Assembly (NCBI RefSeq): GCF_006345805.1
Contig: NC_043015.1
Coordinates: 17,732,001 to 17,796,000, forward strand
Source: Octopus sinensis
Taxonomy: Eukaryota
DNA: 64,000 nucleotides
Direction: 5' to 3'
The first letter of the stretch is position 1, and the number at the start of each line of letters is the position of its first letter. The notes below the pieces were generated by a model. The model did no database searches and was not told the origin of the DNA. It saw only the letters and a program-made list of their open reading frames with translations. Of the stretch, positions 1 to 11,049 are shown piece by piece. A program made the position numbers and the translations under genes.

Positions 1-2830
1 TTAAAGTTATGGTCATGTTTTAGGGTTAGGGTTTGTGTTGCATTTAGCGTTAGGATTAGTTTTAGAGTTGGGGTTATGGTTATGATTAGGATTAGAGTTA
101 AATTTAGGGTTAGTTTTGTGGTTAGCATTAGGTTTAGTGCTAGGGCTAGACATAGGGTTAGTGTTTGATTTAGCGTTAAGTTTAGGGTTAGATTTAGGGT
201 TAAGGTTAGTGTTAGTACTAAGGTTAGGGTTAGAGTTAGGATTTGGGTTAGGGTTAAGTTTAGGTTTAGCATCAGGATTAGTGTTAGGGTCATGGTTACT
301 TTAAGTGTTACGGCTAGGGTTAGTGTTAGGGTTAGGGTTAGGTTTAGTGTTAGTATTAGGATAAGGGTTATCGTTTGGGTAAGGGTTACATTTAGGGTTA
401 GGCATAGGGCTAGTGTTAGGGTTAGGTTTAGGTTTATGCTTAGTGTTAGTGTTAGGTATAGGATTAGTGCAAGCGATAAGATTAGGGTTAGGTTTAGGCT
501 TAATGCTAGGGTTAGTTTTAGGGTGAGGGTTAGCGTTGGGGTTAGGGTTAGATTTAGGGTTAGAGATAGGGTTAATATTAGGGTTGGCGTTAACATTAGG
601 GTTAGGTTTATGGTTAAGTTGAGAGTGAGGTTTAAGGTAAGTTTTCGGGCAAGTGCGAGAGTTAGGTTTTAGGGTTAGCTTTAGTGTTAGGTTTAGTGTT
701 AGGTTTGGGGTTAGCATTAGGTTTTTGGTTAGGTCTAGTGTTAGGATTAGGTTGAGGGTTAGGAATAGATAGTGGGGTAGGTTTACGGTTAGGTTTAGGG
801 TTAATGTTAGGGTTAGTGTGAGGTGTAGATTTAGGTCTAGGTTTAGGTTAAGTTTATGATTAGGGTTAGGTTTCGTGTGATTGTTAGAGTTAGGGTTAGG
901 GTTGGGGTTAGGACTAGTGTTAGGGTGAGGGATATGGTTTATGGTAGGGTTAGGTTTAAGGTTAGGTTTAGGTATAGTGTTAGGGTTAAGGTTAGGGTTA
1001 ACGTAAGGGTTGGTTTCGGGTAAGGTTTAAGGTTAAGGTGAGGTTTAATGTTAAGGTTTGAGTTCATGGTAGGGTTAGCATTAGTGTTAGGTTTCTTCGT
1101 AGGTTTAGCGTTAGAGTTAGGTTTAGGTTTATGGTTAGGTTTAGTGTTTGGCTTAGGATTTGGGTTAGTTTTAGAGTTAGGTTAAGTGTTAGGATTAGGG
1201 TTAGGTTTAGGGTAGTTTTAAGGTTACTATTACCGTTAGGCTTAGGTTTAAGTTTAGGGTTAGGGCTAGGGTTTGTGTTAGGTTATGTTCAGGGTTATGG
1301 TTATGTTTAGTGTGAGTGTTAGGGTTAGTGTGAGGACAAGGTTAGGGTTAGTTTTATGGTTAGCGTTAGGTTTAGTGTTAGAGTAAGACAGGGCTCGTGT
1401 TTGAGTTAGGGCAACGGTTAGGGTTAGTGCTAATGTTAGGGTTAGAGTTAGGGTTTGGGTTAGGGTTTGGTTTAGGGTTAGGTTGAGGGTTAGTGTTTGG
1501 GTTAGTATTAGGGTTAGTTTTAGGGTTAGGTTTAGGTTTATGGTTAGTGTTAGTGTTAGGGATAGGATTAGTGTAAGCGATGGGATTAGGGTTAGGGTTA
1601 ATGTTAGCTTTACTGTTAGGGTGAGGGTTAGCATTGGGGTTTTAGTTAGGGTTACATTTAGGGTTAGTGATAGTGTTAGTATTAGGGCTGGAGTTAGTAT
1701 TGAGGTTAGGTTTATAGTTAGATTGAGAGTGAAGTTTAAGGTAAGTTTTCAGGTAAGTGTCAGGCTTAAGTTTAGGTTTTAGGGTTAGCTTTATTCTGCT
1801 TGTTCCCTAATTCCCGCCCTTCAAACTTCACAGCTCAGCATCGTCTATACCAACTCGTGCTCCTTATTTCCAAAGTTCAGCGAATTATTTACACTGGCCA
1901 TGCGTTTAGGCTAATGTTTAGTGTTATTGTTAGGATTAAGTTTAGGGTTAAGGTTAGGGTTAGGGTTATAATTAGTGTTAGGGTGAGTGTTAGCATTAGG
2001 GTTAGTGTTAATGTTTGGCTTCAGGTTACGGTTAAGGTTAGTGTTAGGGTTAATTTCTGTATAAGGGTTAGGTTTAGGGCTATATTGATGGTGAGGATTA
2101 GGGTTAGGGTTCTGGTTATGGTCAGGGTTAGGTTTTACGGATAGGATTAGTGTTCGGGTTATGGTTAGTCTTAGGGTTTTGGTTAGATTTAGCGTTAGTG
2201 TTAGCATTAGGGTTAAGATTAGATTTAGGGTTAGTTTTACAGTGAGGTTTATGGTTAGTGTCAGTGTTTGGGTTAGGGTTAGGTTTAGTGTTAGGGTGAG
2301 GTTAGGTTTAATTTTAGGGTTAGTGTTAGGGTTAGGATTAGGGTTAGGATTAGGGTTAGATTTAGCATTAGTGTTAGATTTTAGGGTTAGTGTTAGTGAT
2401 AGGGTGTTATGGTTAGTCTTATGTTTAGGGCAAGGGCTAGGTTTAGCGTGGGATTAGTTTTAGGGGTATGGTGAAGTTTAAGGTTAATGTGAGGTTTATT
2501 GTTAGGGTTAGTGTTAGTGTTGGGGTTCAGTTTAGGTTTATGGTTCAGGCTAAGGTTTAGGGTTAGATTTGTGGTTACAATTACAGTTAGGATCAGGTTT
2601 AGGTGTAGTATCAGGGTTAGGGTTAGGGTTAAGGTTAGGGCTATGGTTAGTGTTAGGATTAGGGTTAGGCTTAGTGTTAGTGTAATTGTTAGGTTGAGGA
2701 TTAGGTTTAGAGTTAGGGATAGGGTTACTGTTAGTGTTCGGATCAGGTTTAGGGTTAGGTTTAGGTTTTAGGGTTAGGATGAATATTAGGGTTAGGGTTA
2801 GTGTTAGTGTTAGGGTTAGGGTATTATTTA

Positions 2831-3050
2831 GGCAGTGAGCTGGCAGAAACGTTAGCACGCCGGGCGAAATGCTTAGCGGTATTTCGTCTGTCGTTACGTT
2901 GTGAGTTCAAATTCTGCCAAGGTCGACTTTGCCTTTCATCCTTTCAGGGTCGATAAATTAAGTACTGGGGTCGATGTAATTGACTTAATACCTATGTCTG
3001 TCCTTGTTTGTCCCCTCTACGTTTAGCCCCTCGTAGGTAATAAAGAAATA
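2831..3050 (+). mobile_element. tRNA-derived SINE inserted into the telomeric-type array, with 12-bp TSD
   Basis: Head GGCAGTGAGCTGGCAGAAACGTTAG (A-box-like) and GAGTTCAAATTC (B-box-like). Body GGTCGACTTTGCCTTTCATCC. A-rich tail TAATAAAGAAATA. Direct repeat GGTATTATTTAG at 2820-2831 and 3051-3062. Confidence 0.9.
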
Positions 3051-6000
3051 GGTATTATTTAGTTTTAGGTTTAGGTTTAGGGTTAGGTTTAGTTTTAGGG
3101 TGAGGTTTGGGTTTAGTGTTAGGGTTTGGTTTAGAGTTAGGTTCAGGTTTAGTGTGTAGGTTATGGTGAGGTTTAGGGTTAAATTTAGAGTTAGTGTTAG
3201 GGTTTATATTTAGGGTTAAGGTCATTGTTATTATCAGGGTTATGATTAGGTTTAGGGTGAGGATCAGGGCTAGGGACAGGGTGTAAGGTTTAGTGTTAGG
3301 GTTAGGTTTAGGATTAGGGTTAGGGTAAAGTTTAGGTTTAGTGTTAGGAGTAGGGTTAGGGTAAAGTTTAGGTTTAGTGTTAAGAGTAGGGTTAGGTTTA
3401 GGGTTAGTGTTAGTGTTAGGGTTGGCTTAGGGTTTAGGTTTAGGTAAAGGTTTAGTTTTAGGGTTATGGTTAAGGTGAGGGTTAGGGTTGGGGTTAGAGT
3501 TAGGGTTACTGTGAGGGTTAGGTTTAGGCTTATATTTAATGTTAGGGTTAAGGTTAGGACTAGCGTAAACATTAGTTTCAGGATTAAGGTTAGGGTTAGC
3601 ATTATGGTTAGTGTTAGGGTAAGGGTTAGCATAAGGGTTAGTGCTAGTGTTAGGTTTAGGGCTACAGTTAAGGTTAGTGTTAGAGTTAGGTTGAGGGTTA
3701 GTTTTCATGTTAGGGTTAGATTTATGGTTATATTGATTGTGATGTTTAGATTTAGGCTATGGTTATGGTTACGGTTAGTGTTAGTGTTAGGGTAAGGGTT
3801 AGTGTCAGGGTTAGCGTTAGGTTTAGGTTTATGGTTAGGGTTTGTGTTAGTGTTACAGTCCGTGTCTGTGTAAGGATTAGGTTTAGGGTTAGGTTTAATT
3901 TTATGGTGATGGTTTTGGTTAGGGTTAGGTTTAGGTTTAGGGTTGAGGATTAGGTTGAAGGTCAAGTTTTGGGTTAGGTTGGGATTGGGTTTATGGTTAG
4001 TGTTAGGTTTTAAGGTCAGGGTTAGTTTTAGAGTTAGGTTTAGGGTTAGCGTTATGGTTTTGGTTAGGTTTAGCATTAGATTAGGGTTAGGATTAGTTTT
4101 ATAGTAGGTTTACTGTAAGGTTTAGGGATAGGTTTAGGGTTGGCATTAGCGTTAGGGGTAGTCTAAAGGTTAGGGTTAGAGTTAGATTAACTGTATGCGT
4201 TAGGTTTAGTGTTAGGGCTAGGTTTAGTGTTAGGGTTAGGGTTAGGCTTAGTTTTATGGTTAGGGTTAGTGTTAGGGCCAAGTTTAGGTTAGGTTCAGTT
4301 TTAAGGTTAGGTTTAGGGTTAGGGTTAGGTTTAGGGCATGGGGTAGTGATAGGGTTGGTTAGGTTTAAGGTTAGGGTTAGGTTTAGGGTTAGGTTTAGGG
4401 TTAGGGTAAGGGTTAGGTTTAGGGTAAGTGTTAGTGTTAGGTTTAGGGTTAGGGTGAAGGTTAGGTATAGAGTTAGTGTTGGGGTTAGTGCTAGTTTTTC
4501 GTTTAGTGTTAAGGTTAGGTTTAGGGTTAATGTTAGAGATAGTGTTAGGGTTATGGTTAGAGTTAGGGATAGGTATTGGGTTAGGTATTGGGTTAAGTTA
4601 GCATTAGGTTTAAGGTTAGGGTGGGGGTTAGTGTGAGTATAAGTTTTAGGCTTATGTTTAGGTTTTGCTGTAGGCTTTGCTTTCAGGTTAGGGTTTGGGG
4701 TTAGTTTTAGGGTTAGGTTTTGGGTTAGGGTAAGTGTAAGGGTTAGGGTTAGCATTAGTGTGTGGGTTATGTTTAGGATTAGGGTTAGGTTTAAGGTTAG
4801 GTTTAGGGATAGAATTTGTGATAAGGTTAGGGTTAGGGTTAGGTTTATGTTTAGGGTTTGGGTGAGAGTTATGGTGAGGGTTAGGTTTAGGGTTAGTGTT
4901 AGGATTATATTTAGGTTTAGGGTTAATGTTTGGGTAAGGGTTAGCATTAGTGTTAGGTTTAGGGTTAGTGTTAGGGTCAGTTTTAGTTTTAGGGTTAGTG
5001 TTAGTTTTAGTTTTAGTGTTAGGGTTAGGTTTATTGTGAGGTTTAGGTTTAGGGTTATGGTTAGTTTCAGGTTTAGGGTGAGGGTTAGCATTAGGGGCTA
5101 GGGTTTATGGTTAGGGATAGGTTTGGATTAGGCTTAGGGTTATTTTGAGGGTTAGTTTGAGGATTAGGGTTAGGTTTAGTGTGAGGTTTAGGTTTAGGGT
5201 TATGATTAGTTTCAGGATTAGTGTTAGGGTTCGGGTTATGTTCAGGGTTAGGGTTAGTGTTAATGGGAGAGCTAGTGTTAAGGTTAGGTTTAGGGTTTGG
5301 GTTAGGGTTAAAGTTATCGTTAGATTTGGGTTTATGTTTAGTGTTAGTTTTCGTGTTATGGTTAGTGTAAGTGTTATGTTTTGGGTTAGGTTTAGGGTTA
5401 GGGGTAGGTGTAGTGTTAGGTTTAGGATTAGGGTTAACATTTTATTTAGTGTTAGGGTTAGTGTTTGAGTGAAGGTTAATGTTAGGGTTAGGGTGTAGAG
5501 TTTTGGTTTAGCATTACGGTTAGATTTAGGTTTAGGGTTAATTTTAGGTTTAGTTTTAACTTAGGGTTAGTGTTATAATAGGGTTAGGGTTAATGTTAGT
5601 GTTAGTGTTAGTGTCAGAGTGAGGGTTAGGGTTACTGGTAGGGTTACAGTTAGGGTTAGGCTTAGGTTTATGGTTAGTGTTGGGGTTTATGTTAGGATTA
5701 GTGTAAGCGTTAGTTTTATGGGTTATGGTTAGGTTTTGTGTTAGGGTTAGTGTTAAGTTTAGGGTAAGGGTTAGGGTTAGTGCTAGAATTAGTTTTACAG
5801 TTAGTTTTTGTGTTCAGGTTAGGTTTAGGGTGAGATTGAGGGTGAGGTTTATGGTTAGGTTTTGGGTTAGTGTTAGGGTTAGTGTTAGTGTTTCAGTTAG
5901 GTTTAGTGTAATGTTTAGAATTAGGGTTAGGATTAGGTTTAGTGTTAGTTTTAGGGTGGGGTGTAGAATTTGTGCCAGTGTTTGGGTTAGAGTTAGGTTT

Positions 6001-9000
6001 ATTGTTAGGGTTAGGGCTAGGGTTAGGGTTACTGTTACAGTCAATGTTAGGTTTAGTGTTACTGTTATTGTTAGTTTTATTAGAATTAGCATTAGGGTTG
6101 GTGTTAGGTTTAGGGTTTTGTTTAGGTTTTCAGTTAGGGTTACAATCAGGTCTATGGTTAGGATTAGGATTAGTGTTCCTGTTATGGTTAGTGTTAGGTT
6201 TAGGGGTAAGGTGTGCATGAGGGTTGTCCTCAGGGTTAAGATAAGTGATAGGGTTAGAATCAGGTTTCGTTTTAGGATCAGTGTCAAGTTTAGCGTTAAG
6301 ATTATATTTTGGTTTAGGGTTAGGCATAGGTTTAGGGTTAGGGTTAGTGTTACAGCTATGGCTAGGGTTAAGTCTAGGGATAGGATTAGGATTAGTGTTA
6401 GTTTATTGTTAGGTTTAGGGTGAAGGTATGAGTTAGGTTTGACATTAGGGTTAGTGTTAGTGTCAGTGTTAGGCTTAGTGCTCGGGCTAAGTTTAAGATT
6501 ATGGTTAGGATTAGGGTTAGGTTTAGTGTTAGAGTTAGGTTTTGGTTTGGTGTTACATTTAGTTTTTGAGTTTATGTTAGGGTTAGTGTTAGATTTACAT
6601 GTTTTAGGTTTACATTTATAGTTAGCATTAGAGTTATGTGTAGGGTTAGGTTTGAGGTTAGTGTTCCTGTTACGGCTAGTGTTAGGTTTAGCGTTTTGTT
6701 TAGGGTGAAGGTATGGGTTATGTTTGACATTACAATTAGGGTAAGGGATTGGGTTAGGAATAGGTTTTGGATTAGTGTCAGTGTTTGGGTTGGGGTTAGG
6801 GCTAGTTTTAGGTTTAGGTTTATGTTTAGTGTTAGGGTTGGGGTTACTGTTAGGTTTAGTGATACTGTTAGTGCTAGGTTTAGTGTTAGGGTTAGTGTTA
6901 GGTTTAGGGTTTTGTTTTGGTTTGCAGTTAGAATTAGGGTTAGTGTCTCTGTTATGGTTAGTGTTAGATTTAGTGTTAGGTTTAGTGTTGACGTTAGGGT
7001 TAGGGTAAGCAATAGGGTTAGGTTTAGATTTTGTGTTAGGGTCAGTGTGTGGGTTAGGGTTAGGATTAGGGGTTAGGTTTAGGGTGAAGCCAAGGGTTAA
7101 GACTAGGGTTATTGTTCCTGTTACTCTTGGGTTTAATGTTAGGTTTAGGGTTCGGGTTAAGTCTAGGACTAGGACTTGGTTTCATATTATGTTTAGGTTT
7201 AGGGTTAGGTTTAAGGTTAGGGTTAGTTTAGGGTTAATTTTAGGGTTCGATTTAAGGTTAGGGTTAGGTTTAGTGTTAGAGCTAGGGTAGGTTTAGGGTT
7301 AGTGTAAGGTTTAGGGTTAAGTTTATTGTTAGCTTTAGGCTTAGGATTGTGATTAGAGTTAGAGTGAGGGTTAGGGTTAGGGCTAGGGTTAGGTTTAGGT
7401 TTAATGTTATGGTTAGGGTGAGGTTTAGTGTTACTGTTAGTGTAAGGTTTAATGTTAGAGTTAGTGTTATTGTTAGTATTAAGGTTTTATTTAGGTTTGC
7501 GCTTAGGGTTAGGGTTATGTCTAGGGTTAGGGTTATATCTAGGGTTAGGATTAGGGTTAGTATTCCTGTTACGGTTAGTGTTAGGTTTAGTCTTCGGTTC
7601 AGGGTTAAGGTGTGCATTAGGGATGACACTAGGGCTAGGATTATGTTTAGGGTCAATGTTTGGGTTAGGGTTAGCATCACGGTTAGGGCTAGCTTTAGAG
7701 TTAGGGTTAGGGTTAAGGTTAGGATTGGGGTTAGTGTTTGGGTTTAGATTAGGGTTAGGTTTAGGGTTAGATGGGTTAGGATTAGTTTTATGGTTACGTT
7801 TAGTGCCAGTTTTAGGGTTAGGGTTGGGGTGAGGGTCAAGTTTAAGGTTAGGGTTAGGTTTAGTGTTACTGTTAGCATAAGGTTTAGTGTTAGGGTTAGT
7901 ACTGGGATTAGTGTTAGGTTTTGTTTAGGTTTGCCATTAGGGTTAGGTTTAGGGTTAAGTCTAGTGTTAGGATTAGGGTTAGTGTTTGTGTTAGTGTTAT
8001 ATTTATTGTTTGATTTTAGGTTTGACATTATGGTTATGATAAGGAATAGGGTTAGTGTTAGTTTGGGGTTAGGTTAAGGGCTAGGTTTCGTGTTAGGGTA
8101 AGTGTCCAGTTTAGGTTTAGGGTTAGTGTTAGGTTTAGGGTTAGGGCTATGGCTAGGGTTTGGGCTTGGGTTAGGATTAGGATTAGGGTTAGTCTTCCTG
8201 TCACAGTTAGTGTTAGGTTTAGTGTTAGGTTTAGGGATAAGGTGTGGGTTAGTGTTGATGTTAGGTTTAGAGATGGGGTTAGAGTTAAGGTTAGGCTTAG
8301 GTTCAGGGCTTGGACTAGGGCTAGGTTTAGTGTTATGATTAGGGTTGTTTCGTTTTAGGGTTAGGTTTAGGGTTAGATTTAGGTTTAGTGTTAGAGTTAG
8401 GTTTAGGGTTAGGATTAGAGTTAGTTTTAGTGTTTGGTTGAGGGTTAGGGTTAGGTTTAATGTTATGGATAGGGTAGGTTTAGGTTTAGGTTTAAGGTTA
8501 TGTTTAGTGTTAGTTTTAGGGTTAGGGTGAGGGTTAAGTTTAGGGTTAGGGTTAGGTTTAGTATTACTGTAAGTGTAAGTTTTAGTGTTAGAGTTAGTGC
8601 TAGGTTTGTGTTAAGTTTAAGTTTTATTTAGGTTTGTGATTAGGGTTAGCGTTAAGTCTAGGTTTAGGATTAGGGTTATTGTTCCTGTTATTGTTAATTA
8701 TGTTTAGGTATTAGGTTTAGTGTTATGTTTAGGGTTAAGGTGTGCATTAGGGTTGATGTTAGGCGTAGTATAAGGGATAGGTTAGTGTTAGGTTTTGGGT
8801 TAGGATCAGTGTTAGGGTTATGGTTAGGATAAGGTTTAGATTGAGGGTTAGAGTTACTCATACAATGAATGTTAGGTTTAGTGTTGCTGTTAGTGTTCAG
8901 TTTAGTGTTAGAGTTAAGTTTAGTGATTTGTGCAGGTTTGTGGTTAAGATTAGGGTTAGAGGTAAGTCTAGGGTTAGGATTAGGGCTAGCATTCCTGTTA

Positions 9001-9276
9001 TGGTTAGTGTTAGGTATAGTGTATGCATTAGGCTTGACTTTAGTGTTAGGGTAACGAATAGGGTTAGTGTCAGGTTTCAGTTTAGTGTCAGTGTTAGGGT
9101 TATGGGTTGTGCTAGGGTTAGAGTTAATGTTAGGGTCGTGTTAAGTTAATGTTTTTTTTTAGGTTTGTGGTTAGATTTAGGGTTAGGGTTATGGTTACAG
9201 TAAGGTTTAGGCTTATTGTTAGGATTAGGGTTAGTATTAGGTTTAATGTTACTGTTACGATTAGTGTTAGGTTTAG

Positions 9277-11049
9277 GGTTTTGTTTTAGTTAGTGTTAAG
9301 TGTAGAGTTAGGATTAGGGTTAGTGCTCCTGATATGGTTAGTATTAGGTTTAATGTTAGGTTTAGGATTAAGGTGTTTATTAGGGTTAGGGTAAGGTATA
9401 GGATTAGGGTTAGGTTTTATGTTAGGGTCAGTATTAGTTTTACGGTTATATGTAGGGTTAGGGTTATTGTCATGGTTAATGTTAGGGCTATGGTTGGTAT
9501 TAGCATTAGAGTTAGTGTTAGGGTTAGTGTTAATGTTAGAGTTAAGTTTAAGGTTAGGGTTAGTTTTAGTGTTAAGTCTAGAGTTAGAATTAGGCTTAGT
9601 GTTCGTATTACGCTTAGTGTTAGGTTTAGCATTTGGTTTAGGGTTAAGGTGTGGTTTAAGGTTAACGTTATGTTTTGGTAAGGGTTAGGGTTAGGGTTAG
9701 AGCTAGGGTTAGAGTTAGAGTTAGGATTAGGGTTAGGATTACAGTTAGGTTTAGGTTTAGTGTTAGTTTTAGGGTTTAGGTGTGGGTTAGGGTTGACATT
9801 AGGTTTAGGGTAAGTGATTGGGTTAGAGTTAGGGTTAGGGTTAGGTTCAGGGTTAAGTTTTGAGTTAGGTTTAGGATTAGGGTTAGGGTGAGGTTTAGTG
9901 TTAGTTTTAGGGTTAGGTTTAGAGTGAAGGTTAGTGTTAGCGTTAGGTTTAGTGTTATTGTTAGTGTAAGTTTTACTGTTAGAGTTAGTGTTAGGATTAG
10001 TGTTAGGTTTAGGGTTTGGTTTAGGTTTGCAGTTATGGTTAATGTTAGGGTTAAGGCTAGGGTTAGTGTTCCTGTTATATCTAGTGTTAGGTTTAAGGTT
10101 AAGAGTTAAGTCTATAGTTAGGATTAGGTTTAGTGTTCATGTTACAGTTAGTGTTAGGTTTAGGTTTTGTTTTAGTTAGTGTTAAGTGTAGAGTTAGGAT
10201 TAGGGTTAGTGCTCCTGATATGGTTAGTATTAGGTTTAATGTTAGGTTTAGGATTAAGGTGTTTATTAGGGTTAGGGTAAGGTATAGGATTAGGGTTAGG
10301 TTTTATGTTAGGGTCAGTATTAGTTTTACGGTTATATGTAGGGTTAGGGTTATTGTCATGGTTAATGTTAGGGCTATGGTTGGTATTAGCATTAGAGTTA
10401 GTGTTAGGGTTAGTGTTAATGTTAGAGTTAAGTTTAAGGTTAGGGTTAGTTTTAGTGTTAAGTCTAGAGTTAGAATTAGGCTTAGTGTTCGTATTACGCT
10501 TAGTGTTAGGTTTAGCATTTGGTTTAGGGTTAAGGTGTGGTTTAAGGTTAACGTTATGTTTTGGTAAGGGTTAGGGTTAGGGTTAGAGCTAGGGTTAGAG
10601 TTAGAGTTAGGATTAGGGTTAGGATTACAGTTAGGTTTAGGTTTAGTGTTAGTTTTAGGGTTTAGGTGTGGGTTAGGGTTGACATTAGGTTTAGGGTAAG
10701 TGATTGGGTTAGAGTTAGGGTTAGGGTTAGGTTCAGGGTTAAGTTTTGAGTTAGGTTTAGGATTAGGGTTAGGGTGAGGTTTAGTGTTAGTTTTAGGGTT
10801 AGGTTTAGAGTGAAGGTTAGTGTTAGCGTTAGGTTTAGTGTTATTGTTAGTGTAAGTTTTACTGTTAGAGTTAGTGTTAGGATTAGTGTTAGGTTTAGGG
10901 TTTGGTTTAGGTTTGCAGTTATGGTTAATGTTAGGGTTAAGGCTAGGGTTAGTGTTCCTGTTATATCTAGTGTTAGGTTTAAGGTTAAGAGTTAAGTCTA
11001 TAGTTAGGATTAGGTTTAGTGTTCATGTTACAGTTAGTGTTAGGTTTAG
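9277..11049 (+). repeat. Apparently perfect 886-bp tandem duplication inside the array
   Basis: Identical ORF translations offset by exactly 886 (9417/10303, 9419/10305, 9888/10774, 9988/10874). Identity read by eye from 9277/10163 to 10163/11049. Confidence 0.93.
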
